Part shown: positions 47,464 to 57,001 of the stretch, piece by piece
Numbering within the stretch: position 1 is the first letter of the stretch
Layout: every line of letters starts with the position of its first letter
NCBI GenBank assembly: GCA_965221695.1
Contig: OZ244905.1
Span: forward strand, 2,701,384 to 2,765,383
DNA: 64,000 nucleotides
From: Gammaproteobacteria bacterium
GTDB lineage: Bacteria; Pseudomonadota; Gammaproteobacteria; Eutrophobiales; Eutrophobiaceae
Direction: 5' to 3'
Made by a program: the position numbers and the translations under genes
The notes under the pieces: generated by a model
Seen by the model: the letters and a program-made list of their open reading frames with translations, nothing else
The model's database searches: none
What the model was told of the DNA's origin: nothing

Positions 47464-49089
47464 TCACCGCATCGATTTTTGCAGTACCGAGAAGTTTCTT
47501 ACCCAAGGCTCTAGTTTGCGTATTTCATCGGGCAAATCATCTATAGCTCTTTCGGCAAGCTCATAGTCATGGTACAGACCATAAAACACGCGATAGTAAG
47601 TTATCTGCTCGATCTCGATCCTGATATAGGCAATCTGCTGTGTCAGGTTATTCTGTTTGAGGAAATTTAGCACACGTTCTTCACTGGAAAAGCTGGCCAG
47701 TTGCAAAGTGTAGTGATACGGAGATTGTGCGGCGACCCAGTCTTCCCGCCTGATAGCGGTCTCACCGGCGTCAGAGGCATCCTCGCCAGCCAACTCATCT
47801 TCATCGGAAATGACCTCGCTGGTGGTCGCAACCAGATCGGAAATGGCCTCTGGTACAGCCGCAATGTATTCCGCTGTCGCTGGTACAGGGCTGGTGTCCG
47901 CGGTCTCTGCAACAGTCTCCGGCGTTTCCTCCTCCGCGGCGTTCAGCGCGATCTCGGCGGTGTCCTCATCCGTCTGAGCAGCTACGATGGTCGGCGTTTC
48001 TTCGACAGCAGGCGCTGTGTCTTCTGCTTCAGTTGCCTCAGCAGCAGTTTGAGCAAGGCTGGTCTCCGCGGTCTCTGCAACGATCTCCGGCGCTTCCTTC
48101 TCCGCATCGAACAGTGCGGTCTCGGCTGTGTCTTCGTCCGACTGAGCGGCTATGGTCGGCGCTTCCTCCTGCGTGACGCTCAGTGCGGTCTCGGCAGCGT
48201 CCTCATCCGGCTGAGCAGCTATAATCGGTGTTTCCTCGACGGCAGGTACCGTATCTTCTTCAGTTGCCTGCGCAAAGGGTTCTGTTGTTTCCTGCATTGC
48301 AGGCGCTTGCGATACGGTCGTGTCCTCTTCAATATCGACATAAGCAAGTCTTTGTAAGCTTTCTTCTGCCTGTTGCAGACCCCCGGCGGCCGCGCGTTGA
48401 TACCATTTTTTCGCCTCCACCAGGTCCTTTTCTACCGCGTAACCATTTTCATAGTACACGCCCATGTTGAATTGCGCCTGTGGGACATCGGCGTCAGCGG
48501 CTTTTCTGAACCAGAGTAGCGCTACATCATAGTCCTGGTCGACGCTGTAACCGAAGGCGTACATGACAGCCAGGCTGTATTGCGCATTTCCGTTTCCCTG
48601 CTCTGCTGCTTGGCGGAAAAGCCGGGTGGCTGTTTCATAATCCCGGGTAATCTGCTCACTGCCGTTGAAGTACAAAAGGCCAAGGTTGAACAGCGCATCC
48701 GATTGCCCGGCCGCCGCGGCCAGCTTCCACCATTGCATGACTTTAGACGGGTCTTTTGTGACACCATCACCGTGCAAGTACTTGACGCCGAGCTCGAATT
48801 GGGCGTCGGGGTGCCCTTGATCCGCCGCAAGCAAGTACCATTTTACTGCTTCGGCAGAATCTGCGTTAACGCCATGGCCATAGTCATACATGAGGCCAAG
48901 CATTCTTTGCGCATCCGAGTTGCCGTCCTCAGCCAGTGGTTGCAGTATTTCGTAGGCTTTTTCGTAGTCTTTGGCCAGGTAGGCCTGTCTCGCCGTTTCA
49001 AAAGATTGCGCCAGCACAGGGCCGGAAAATACCAACCCCAATAACAGGAAAGGAATTAACTTGGTCAGCATAAACCGTATCTTTGACAT
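47464..49089 (-). CDS. Exported Sel1-repeat protein with acidic repetitive linker and C-terminal SPOR domain
   Basis: Signal-like N-terminus, about five Sel1 repeats (DAQxxLGxxYxxGxGVxxDxxxAxxWY), an E/T/A/D-rich repeat region, and the C-terminal YTLQLASFSSEERVLNFL...YYRVFYGLY. Confidence 0.75.
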   Translation of the reverse strand: MSKIRFMLTKLIPFLLLGLVFSGPVLAQSFETARQAYLAKDYEKAYEILQPLAEDGNSDAQRMLGLMYDYGHGVNADSAEAVKWYLLAADQGHPDAQFELGVKYLHGDGVTKDPSKVMQWWKLAAAAGQSDALFNLGLLYFNGSEQITRDYETATRLFRQAAEQGNGNAQYSLAVMYAFGYSVDQDYDVALLWFRKAADADVPQAQFNMGVYYENGYAVEKDLVEAKKWYQRAAAGGLQQAEESLQRLAYVDIEEDTTVSQAPAMQETTEPFAQATEEDTVPAVEETPIIAAQPDEDAAETALSVTQEEAPTIAAQSDEDTAETALFDAEKEAPEIVAETAETSLAQTAAEATEAEDTAPAVEETPTIVAAQTDEDTAEIALNAAEEETPETVAETADTSPVPATAEYIAAVPEAISDLVATTSEVISDEDELAGEDASDAGETAIRREDWVAAQSPYHYTLQLASFSSEERVLNFLKQNNLTQQIAYIRIEIEQITYYRVFYGLYHDYELAERAIDDLPDEIRKLEPWVRNFSVLQKSMR

Positions 49090-49262
49090 TGTTTATCTCA
49101 CAGTCATTCTACCTGCTTCACCATTATGGCAAGGATTTTATAACACGCTACAACAGGTGAATACGTTGCATAGCATATCATTTCTTAGAATAAATGACAC
49201 TCTCGTCAGGACTGAAAAATATTCAATCCGTTGAATACCTGACAGCCTCCAAACTCAAATAC

Positions 49263-49312
49263 TGGGAGCGCGGGCGTTCCGCCCGCAGGCAGGCGAGACG
49301 CCCGCGCTCCCA
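49263..49312 (-). terminator. Long GC-rich hairpin just downstream of the enolase-family gene stop (putative terminator)
   Basis: The 14-bp arms are tgggagcgcgggcg / cgcccgcgctccca. On the minus strand they are followed by a moderately U-rich tract (gtatttgagttt). Confidence 0.45.
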
Positions 49313-49314
49313 GG

Positions 49315-50520
49315 CTAGGCCTTGGAAACCCGCACGCTGGCATCGTCCCGTTTGTGCAGGTCCGGCAGCAGGTCAATACCGATCCCCGGGTCCGGGTCCA
49401 GCGTGACCATGCCGTTTTCCACGACCGGCAGTTTGGTCGTCACGTCCTTGTACCAGCCGGTGTACAAGGCCCGGACCGATTCCTGGAATATCGCGTTAAC
49501 CGCGTTAAGCGACAGGTGTACGGATGCCGCCCATACCACGGGGCCGGTGCAGTCGTGCGGCGCCACCGGAAGTCCGTAAACCTCGGCCAGGCTGGCAATG
49601 TGTTTGGCTTCGGTTATGCCGCCGACCCAGCCGATATCCGGCATCGCAAAATCGGTGGCGCGCTGCTCAAACAGGTCCCGATAACCCCAGCGCGTTGCCA
49701 CCGTCTCACTCGCACAAACAGGGATGGATGCGCGCGCGCGAAACTCGGCCAGGTTTTCCAGGCTGTCCGACTTCACGGGGTCTTCAATGAAATAAGGCTG
49801 GTACGGTTCCAGCGCATGGGAAATAGCGATTGCGGTGGTCAGGTTCCAGAGCGAGTGGCACTCGACCATGATGTCCATCCGGTCGCCCGCGGCGGCGCGG
49901 ATTTTCTCAAATGGCTCCAACGCCGCGTCAAGTTCCGCGGCGCTTATTCTGTTGCCCAGGTTGCGTTCTGCGGCGAAGTCGAAAGGCCAGATTTTCATCG
50001 CGCTAATGCCTTCCTCCAGCAGGCTGAGCGCCAGTTCGTCAGCGCGGTTCAGGAACGCGTCCAGGTCTTCATAGGGTCCGTGTTCCGTGCCTATGCCCCA
50101 GTTCGATGTCTTCTGCCCTTCGGTGGAACGGATGTAGGTATAACCGGCGCAGGTATTGTAAACCCGGATGGCATCCCGCGACCTGCCGCCCAGCAAGTCA
50201 TACAGCGGCTGTCCTGTAAGCCGGCCCCAGAGGTCCCATAGCGCCATGTCAATCGCGGACAGCGCCCGCATCTCTGCGCCCGTGCTTCTGAAGCCCAGGT
50301 AGCCCCGCAGTTGCTTCCAGTGCAAGTCCCGTTGCAACGGGTTTTTCCCCAGCAGGTATGGCGCAATGGTTTCGTGGATATGCGCCTCGACGGACTCGGC
50401 GCCCAGAAAAGTCTCGCCCAGGCCGTAGACGCCCTGGTCCGAATGTACCTTGACCCAGACCAGGTTGCCGTAGGAACTGAGGCGCAGGGTTTCTATGCGG
50501 GTAATTGTGATGTTGTTCAT
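49315..50520 (-). CDS. Enolase-superfamily enzyme (mandelate racemase / muconate lactonizing family, acid-sugar dehydratase-like)
   Basis: N-terminal capping domain ITRIETLRL...VWVKVHSDQGVYGLGE, barrel residues (MVECH, EDP), 401 aa. Confidence 0.75.
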   Translation of the reverse strand: MNNITITRIETLRLSSYGNLVWVKVHSDQGVYGLGETFLGAESVEAHIHETIAPYLLGKNPLQRDLHWKQLRGYLGFRSTGAEMRALSAIDMALWDLWGRLTGQPLYDLLGGRSRDAIRVYNTCAGYTYIRSTEGQKTSNWGIGTEHGPYEDLDAFLNRADELALSLLEEGISAMKIWPFDFAAERNLGNRISAAELDAALEPFEKIRAAAGDRMDIMVECHSLWNLTTAIAISHALEPYQPYFIEDPVKSDSLENLAEFRARASIPVCASETVATRWGYRDLFEQRATDFAMPDIGWVGGITEAKHIASLAEVYGLPVAPHDCTGPVVWAASVHLSLNAVNAIFQESVRALYTGWYKDVTTKLPVVENGMVTLDPDPGIGIDLLPDLHKRDDASVRVSKA

Positions 50521-50563
50521 AGCGTCGGGTTTCCTTTAATTCAGGTAGGGACGGTTTTACGCG

Positions 50564-50601
50564 CTCTGACAAGTCCAGGATGGACGTGTTCAGAGTTTCC
50601 C
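50564..50601 (-). repeat. MITE-B fragment (first hairpin only)
   Basis: ctctgacaagtccaggatggacgtgttcagagtttccc. Confidence 0.6.
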
Positions 50602-50676
50602 AAAATCATAAAATGTTGACATAGATTACAAAAACACGGCATTATCTGCTTACTATTTTATGGGGGTGTTATAAAA

Positions 50677-52950
50677 ATGAAAAATTTCTTTCATTGTACA
50701 TTGCTGTTGCTATTCTTCAGTTCCAGTATCTCCTCTGCCGCCGTCCTTGAAGAAATCATCGTCACCGCCACCAAGCGTGAGGAAAGTTTACAGGATGTGC
50801 CGGTATCCGTATCGGTTATGGACGGCGTGGCGCTGGACAACGCTTCGATAAACAGTCTTGATGAACTGACATTGCGCATGCCATCGGTGATGATGACCGA
50901 AGCTCAGGCGGCAACCAATATTTTTATCCGCGGCGTCGGTTCGGGGCAGAACTACGGTTTTGAACAGTCCGTCGGCATGTTCATAGACGGCGCCTATTTC
51001 AGTCGCAGCCGCGCCTTTCGCAACCCCTTCTTTGATGTGCAACGTGTGGAAGTCCTTAAGGGCCCGCAGACCGTGCTGTTCGGCAAGAATGTCGTTGCCG
51101 GCGCGTTCAATATTGAAACCCGGCGTCCGACCGAGGAATGGGAAAACAGTATCAGCGCCTACTGGGATCCGGAGTATGACGGCAAGGAGTTCACTGCAGT
51201 CGTATCCGGTCCGCTCAGCGACAACGTGGGTATTCGTCTCGCCGGCAAATACTACGATGTCGATGGCTATATCGAAAATTCGCTCCCCGGTGTGCCCGAC
51301 CCGTACCAACGCGAGCATTATCTCATCCGCGGCACCATCCAGTGGGATATCACTCCTGATTTCAGCGCTACCCTGAAAGGGGAATTCGGCGCCTATGACG
51401 TGACCGGCGGTTACCATACCCAGCCGCAGTTCCTGTCGGCCAATCACCTGGCGCTGACGCAGGCCAATGACCCGCAGGCGGAAGCTGCATTCGATTACCG
51501 GGTCTCCATCCCGGCGCCCCCGGGCGATCCGTTTTTTGACGGTCTGTTCAATGATACCAACATGGAAAATGTGACCCTGACCCTGGACTGGAACGCCGGC
51601 GGTCACCAGGTTAAGTCCATCACCAGCTATGTCGCCTTCGATTTTGAGGCATTGACCAATAATGATCACACCAACCTCAGGATAGTTGCCGGACCGCAAC
51701 GGCAGGATTCGGAGACCATCTCTCAGGAGCTCCGCATCACCTCGCCGCAGGACCAGTTCATCGAATATATTATTGGGGCCTATTATGCCGATGATAAATA
51801 TCGAACCCGTCTGCAAGCGTCTCTTGACCTGGGTCAGTCCGCATTGGCCGCGGTATTTCCCATCGTGCGCCTCGGCAGGAACCAGCAGACCCGGCAGGAT
51901 GGCGAGACCTGGGCGGTATTCGGCGAGGCCACGATGAATTTCACGGACCGGGTGCGCTTGATCCTGGGCGCCCGTTATACGGAGGACCGCAAAACGGCTG
52001 ACAAACGGCTCTGGTATTCCGATGTGTCTACATTGGACAATGCCGTGCCGGATCCGGCCATCGCTGCAATCTATAACGGCGTTATCGGTGTGGAACATGA
52101 CCTCCGGGGCGTGAAACGCAAGACCGATGACGTCCCATTTGCCGTGACCGGTGAATTTGATGCAAGTGATGACCTGATGGTCTATGTAACCTATAGAGAA
52201 GGGTTCAAGGCCGGCGGGTTTGATGAGGACTTTAATTCCGGCGTGTTCTCGGAATATGAATTTGAAGACGAGCAGGTGGAGTCGTTTGCATACGGCGCCA
52301 AGATGACACTGGCGGACGGCAGGGCGTATATCAATGCCGAATATTTCCACTCGGAATACAGCAACCTACAGGTCTCAACCTTCTCCGTCGCCAGTTTCCT
52401 GGTAGGCAATGCAGCCTCGGCCACCACCCAGGGGCTGGATGTAGACGCACGTTGGCTGGTCACGGATCAATTCAGTGTAGGCGGCGCGTTTGTCTGGTTG
52501 GACGCCGAATACGATAACTACGAATCCGGCCCCTGCTTGCTTGACGCTGCCGGCAACGAAATCGCGGACTTTTGTGACCTGTCGGGTCGCCCGCTGCAAT
52601 ACGCGCCTGATATCGAATTCAATATCTACGCGGATCTGGTCGTGCCTGTCTACCAGGGCTGGGAACTTGGGCTGACCGGCGATCTCACCTATTCGGATGA
52701 CTTCTACCTGGCAGGCGATCTCGATCCGGACTATGTGCAGGAAGACTATGCCAAGCTCAATGCCACCCTGAGCCTGGCCTCACCCGACGGCAGGTACCGC
52801 TTTTCTGTCATCGGCAAGAATCTGACCGACAAGCAGACTTCGCACCAGCAGAATGATATTCCGCTGGCAGGTTTGTATGGCGGCAAGGCCGGTTCGGCAT
52901 TCTCCGACCCGCCGCGCGTCGTCGCACTGCAGGCAGAGGTTAAATTCTGA
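50677..52950 (+). CDS. TonB-dependent receptor
   Basis: Signal peptide, plug motif LEEIIVTATKREESLQDVPVSVSV, 757 aa, terminal ...LQAEVKF. Confidence 0.9.
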   Translation: MKNFFHCTLLLLFFSSSISSAAVLEEIIVTATKREESLQDVPVSVSVMDGVALDNASINSLDELTLRMPSVMMTEAQAATNIFIRGVGSGQNYGFEQSVGMFIDGAYFSRSRAFRNPFFDVQRVEVLKGPQTVLFGKNVVAGAFNIETRRPTEEWENSISAYWDPEYDGKEFTAVVSGPLSDNVGIRLAGKYYDVDGYIENSLPGVPDPYQREHYLIRGTIQWDITPDFSATLKGEFGAYDVTGGYHTQPQFLSANHLALTQANDPQAEAAFDYRVSIPAPPGDPFFDGLFNDTNMENVTLTLDWNAGGHQVKSITSYVAFDFEALTNNDHTNLRIVAGPQRQDSETISQELRITSPQDQFIEYIIGAYYADDKYRTRLQASLDLGQSALAAVFPIVRLGRNQQTRQDGETWAVFGEATMNFTDRVRLILGARYTEDRKTADKRLWYSDVSTLDNAVPDPAIAAIYNGVIGVEHDLRGVKRKTDDVPFAVTGEFDASDDLMVYVTYREGFKAGGFDEDFNSGVFSEYEFEDEQVESFAYGAKMTLADGRAYINAEYFHSEYSNLQVSTFSVASFLVGNAASATTQGLDVDARWLVTDQFSVGGAFVWLDAEYDNYESGPCLLDAAGNEIADFCDLSGRPLQYAPDIEFNIYADLVVPVYQGWELGLTGDLTYSDDFYLAGDLDPDYVQEDYAKLNATLSLASPDGRYRFSVIGKNLTDKQTSHQQNDIPLAGLYGGKAGSAFSDPPRVVALQAEVKF

Positions 52951-53002
52951 CTTGCATAATCGGTAACTGCCCGGCGAAAGAGCGGCTGGTACGGTTCCTC
53001 TT

Positions 53003-54784
53003 TTGGTGATGCGAACCGGTTGCAAAGCGGGAACGCCTTTTTACAGCACGCTGTTGGTCGTGGCGATGCTGTCAGTTATTGTGCCCGGGGCGCCTGCGCG
53101 TGATACCAGCCTGTACTGGGGTGACACCCATTTACACACGAACAACTCACCCGACGCATCGCTGAACGGCAACATTCGCATTGGTCCGGAAGAGGCGTTC
53201 CGTTTCGCCCGCGGCGAAGCCGTCGAAGGCCACAGCGGCGCACCGGCAAAACTGGAAAGGCCGCTGGACTTTCTGGTGGTAAGTGACCATGCTGAATATC
53301 TCGGCTTGCTGCCGAGAATACGCGATGGCGATACGCTGGTATTGAAAAATGCTGTGACCCGGCGCTGGCGCGACATGATAGACAGCGGTGATGGGGAACA
53401 GACCTGGAAAGCGATGTTTGAAGTCCTGGAGGACATTGAGACGAACAACCCGAGTTTCGATGATACGGATATAAGGCATTCCACCTGGGGGCGCTTTATC
53501 GAACTTGCCGACAGATATAACGAACCGGGCAGGTTTACCGCATTCATCGGTTTTGAGTGGACCTCGATGCCGGACGGGAACAACCTGCACAGGGTGGTCA
53601 TTTTCCGGGACGGCGCCGCAAAGGCAGGAACGGTATTGCCGTTCTCGGCGTTTGACGGCGATGACCCGGAACAACTCTGGGCGTTCCTGGAGAATTACGA
53701 GACGGACACGGGGGGCAGGGCGCTTGCCATTCCCCACAACGGTAATATGAGCAACGGTCGCATGTTCCCGGAAACAGACTTCGAGGGTAGACCGATCGAC
53801 GGGGATTACGCTCGCGCCAGGTCCCGCTGGGAACCCCTGTATGAAGTCACCCAGATCAAGGGTGACGCGGAGACACATCCGCAATTATCTCCCCGGGACC
53901 TTTTTGCCGATTTCGAGAACTGGGACAGGGGCAACATCACTGCAACAGCGCTGAAACAGACCGGGATGCTCAAGGCCGAATATGCGCGCGCGGCGCTGCA
54001 GACGGGCCTGGGACTCGAACGGCAGGTCGGCGCCAATCCGTACCGTTTCGGACTGATCGGCAGTTCGGATGCGCATACCGGATTTGCCGCCGTGGCTGAG
54101 CGGAACTTCTGGGGCAAGTTTTCCGTGTACGAGCCTGGTTTGCACCGCCTGACACACCACTCGGTTGTGAAGGGCAGGCAGGGGAAGACATACGATATCT
54201 GGGCTTACGAGATGGTTGCCTCGGGTTATGCCGCGGTCTGGGCAACGGAAAATACCCGCGCCGCGCTGTTCGATGCCATGCAACGCAGAGAAGTTTACGC
54301 CACCACCGGCTCGCGTATCAGGCTACAGTATTTTGCGGGCTGGGATTTCCTGCCCGAGGATGCAAACGGCGACGATTTTGCCGCCAATGGTTATCGAAAC
54401 GGCGTGCCCATGGGCGGCACACTGAGCGCCGCCCCGGCAAACTCCGGGCCGGCGTTCATCATCAATGCGCTCAAGGACCCGGCCGGCGTTTCGCTTGAAC
54501 GGGTCCAGGTCATCAAGGGATGGGTCGATGAAAATGGAGACACTCATGAAATCATCCATGATGCAGCCGTTGCGGAAAACGGCGCAGTCGGTTTCCACAC
54601 CTATTGGCAAGACCCGGATTTTGATCCCCGGCAGCATGCCTTTTATTACCTGAGGGTCCTTGAGATACCCAAACCCCGCTGGACGACACTGGAGGCTCGG
54701 CGGCTGAATACGGCTCTGCCGGAACAGGTACCTGCGCAGATACAGGACAGGGCATACAGCAGTCCCGTCTGGTACAGTCCGTGA
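53003..54784 (+). CDS. DUF3604 domain-containing protein (PHP-like metal-dependent hydrolase fold), exported
   Basis: Signal-like N-terminus and SLYWGDTHLHTNNSPDAS, typical of DUF3604. 593 aa. Confidence 0.75.
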   Translation: MVMRTGCKAGTPFYSTLLVVAMLSVIVPGAPARDTSLYWGDTHLHTNNSPDASLNGNIRIGPEEAFRFARGEAVEGHSGAPAKLERPLDFLVVSDHAEYLGLLPRIRDGDTLVLKNAVTRRWRDMIDSGDGEQTWKAMFEVLEDIETNNPSFDDTDIRHSTWGRFIELADRYNEPGRFTAFIGFEWTSMPDGNNLHRVVIFRDGAAKAGTVLPFSAFDGDDPEQLWAFLENYETDTGGRALAIPHNGNMSNGRMFPETDFEGRPIDGDYARARSRWEPLYEVTQIKGDAETHPQLSPRDLFADFENWDRGNITATALKQTGMLKAEYARAALQTGLGLERQVGANPYRFGLIGSSDAHTGFAAVAERNFWGKFSVYEPGLHRLTHHSVVKGRQGKTYDIWAYEMVASGYAAVWATENTRAALFDAMQRREVYATTGSRIRLQYFAGWDFLPEDANGDDFAANGYRNGVPMGGTLSAAPANSGPAFIINALKDPAGVSLERVQVIKGWVDENGDTHEIIHDAAVAENGAVGFHTYWQDPDFDPRQHAFYYLRVLEIPKPRWTTLEARRLNTALPEQVPAQIQDRAYSSPVWYSP

Positions 54785-56997
54785 TGCCGAAGAATGCCGA
54801 TAAATTCAGGCATTGTCCCGGTCTCCTCCTGTGTTTGTGCATAGCCCTGACGGCCTGTGCCGAACCGGATGTTCCCGCGGATGGCGTGCTGACCGCGACC
54901 AACGGGGAAGCGGAGTTTGGTCAGATCGATGACGAGCGCATACTGAACCATGCGGATGACCCCGACAACTGGCTGGCCCATGGGCGTGATTACAGTGAGA
55001 AGCGGTTTTCACCTCTCAGTGAGATAAACAAGTCCAATGTATCCGGACTGGGTCTGGCGTGGGCGCTCGATATGGGCACGAACCGGGCGCAGGAGGCAAC
55101 GCCCATCGTCGTGGACGATACACTTTTTCTCACCAGCGCCTGGAGCCGCGTGTTCGCCATTGATGCCCGCACGGGTTCAATACGCTGGAAATACGATCCG
55201 CAAGTGCCCGGCGCCTGGTCGCGGCGCGCCTGTTGCGACGTGGTCAACCGCGGCGTTGCCGTATACCGCGGGCGCGTCTATGTGGGCAGTCTTGACGGTC
55301 GCCTGATAGCTTTGGACGCGGCGACCGGCGCAGAGGTTTGGCAAGTGGACACGCTCATCGATCGGGACCGGTTTTACACCATCACCGGCGCGCCTCGGGC
55401 CGCCCGCGGCAAAGTTTACATTGGCAATGGCGGCGCAGAGTTCGGCGTGAGGGGATATGTGTCGGCCTACGATGCGGATACGGGCAAACTTGCGTGGCGT
55501 TTTTATACCGTTCCCGGCGATCCTTCGCAACCCTACGAACATCCCGAACTGGAACTGGCCGTTGCCACCTGGAGTGGTAATGAATGGTGGAAATACGGAG
55601 GCGGCGGGACAGTATGGAATTCGATCGTGTACGACGCCGAATTCAATCATCTTTATATCGGCGTCGGTAACGGTTCCCCCTGGGCGCGCGCGATACGCTC
55701 ACCGGGCGGCGGCGACAACCTGTTTCTGTCCTCAATCGTAGCCCTGGATGCCGACAGCGGCAGGATGAAATGGTATTACCAGACCACACCGGCGGATAAC
55801 TGGGACTATACCGCGGTGCAGGACATGGCCCTGGCGGAGCTGGAAGTCGGCGGGGAACTGCGCAAGGTATTGTTGCAGGCGCCGAAGAACGGGTTTTTCT
55901 ACGTGCTTGATCGCAGTGACGGTGAATTGCTGCGCGCGCACCCATACAGCGCAGTGAACTGGGCAACCCATGTCGACCTGGAAACCGGGCGGCCCGTGGA
56001 AAACCCTGATCTGGATTATCTCGAACAGGAAAAATGGGTGCTGCCGGGTTCCGCAGGCGCCCATGGCTGGCAGGCCATGTCCGTCGATGAAATGAGCGGC
56101 CTGGTGTATATCCCCACCCAGGAAAGTCCTCTTATCTTTGCCATGGCCGATGAATGGAAACAGAGCGGGCGCTTCGAGAGAAACCCCGGCAGATGGAATA
56201 TCGGCCTTGAGGTCGGGCGCCTGGCGCAGTTGTTTGTTGATAATGTTGCGACCCAACCGGCGCCGGCAGGCGCGCTGAAGGCATTCGACCCCATCAGTGG
56301 AGAGACCCGCTGGGAGGTGCGCAATCCCTATTACTGGAACGGCGGGGTACTGGCCACACAGGGCGGCCTGGTATTCCAGGGGGATGCCAACGGTGTCTTG
56401 TCTGCCTACGACAAGGAAAACGGCGACAGCTTATGGCAGTTCAATACCTGGACATCCATACTTGCGCCGCCGGTCACCTACAGCATCGACGGCACGCAAT
56501 ATGTTGCGTTGCTGACCGGTGGCGGCGGCGCCGACCTGTTCGGCGGCGAAGCGGACACGGCTACGAGCAAATACGGGAACAGGGGACAACTGCTGGCATT
56601 TCGCCTCGGTGGAGATGCGCTGCTGCCCGAACCCGAGCCGTTGGACAAGCGCATACCGGAACAGCCCGCGGTAACGGTGGACAGCATGGTGATTGCGCAG
56701 GGAGAACTGCTGTATAACAACTTCTGCGCCACGTGCCATGGCCTGTTGGCGCGCTCGGGTGGGTCTATCCCTGACCTGAGACTGATGTCCGACCAAAGCC
56801 ATGCCCTGTTCCATGATATCGTCAGTGATGGGATCCTGTCCGCGAACGGCATGGCGGGATTCGGGGATATCCTGACTACGGCTGAAGTTGAAAAAATTCA
56901 CCACTATGTGCGCGCGCGGGCCTCGGAAGACAGGGCCGTGGCAACAGGCGATAAGCAACAGGCGACACTGACCTGGCTGTCGCCGCCGGAAGAGTAA
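54781..56997 (+). CDS. PQQ-dependent dehydrogenase, quinohemoprotein type (C-terminal cytochrome c domain)
   Basis: PQQ beta-propeller repeats (W-rich, DAxTGxxxW motifs) and a C-terminal CATCHG heme-binding site. The GTGATG start overlaps the DUF3604 stop. Confidence 0.85.
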   Translation: MMPKNADKFRHCPGLLLCLCIALTACAEPDVPADGVLTATNGEAEFGQIDDERILNHADDPDNWLAHGRDYSEKRFSPLSEINKSNVSGLGLAWALDMGTNRAQEATPIVVDDTLFLTSAWSRVFAIDARTGSIRWKYDPQVPGAWSRRACCDVVNRGVAVYRGRVYVGSLDGRLIALDAATGAEVWQVDTLIDRDRFYTITGAPRAARGKVYIGNGGAEFGVRGYVSAYDADTGKLAWRFYTVPGDPSQPYEHPELELAVATWSGNEWWKYGGGGTVWNSIVYDAEFNHLYIGVGNGSPWARAIRSPGGGDNLFLSSIVALDADSGRMKWYYQTTPADNWDYTAVQDMALAELEVGGELRKVLLQAPKNGFFYVLDRSDGELLRAHPYSAVNWATHVDLETGRPVENPDLDYLEQEKWVLPGSAGAHGWQAMSVDEMSGLVYIPTQESPLIFAMADEWKQSGRFERNPGRWNIGLEVGRLAQLFVDNVATQPAPAGALKAFDPISGETRWEVRNPYYWNGGVLATQGGLVFQGDANGVLSAYDKENGDSLWQFNTWTSILAPPVTYSIDGTQYVALLTGGGGADLFGGEADTATSKYGNRGQLLAFRLGGDALLPEPEPLDKRIPEQPAVTVDSMVIAQGELLYNNFCATCHGLLARSGGSIPDLRLMSDQSHALFHDIVSDGILSANGMAGFGDILTTAEVEKIHHYVRARASEDRAVATGDKQQATLTWLSPPEE

Positions 56998-57001
56998 TAC
57001 C

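Noticed and set aside
49194-49406. 70-aa Arg-rich ORF across the 49263-49312 hairpin.
   Set aside because: It is encoded by a GC-rich inverted repeat and the tail of the convergent enolase-family gene, so it is implausible as a protein.
50788-52350. 520-aa ORF antisense to the TonB-dependent receptor. Similar long antisense ORFs lie opposite carB (25446-26234, 26544-27395), lhr (19844-20719, 20867-21790), DUF1015 (35405-36238), cobO (3116-3889), btuB (770-1399) and the enolase gene (49354-50241).
   Set aside because: Each lies entirely within a confidently identified gene on the other strand. Each has an Arg/Gly/His-rich composition with no domain signatures.
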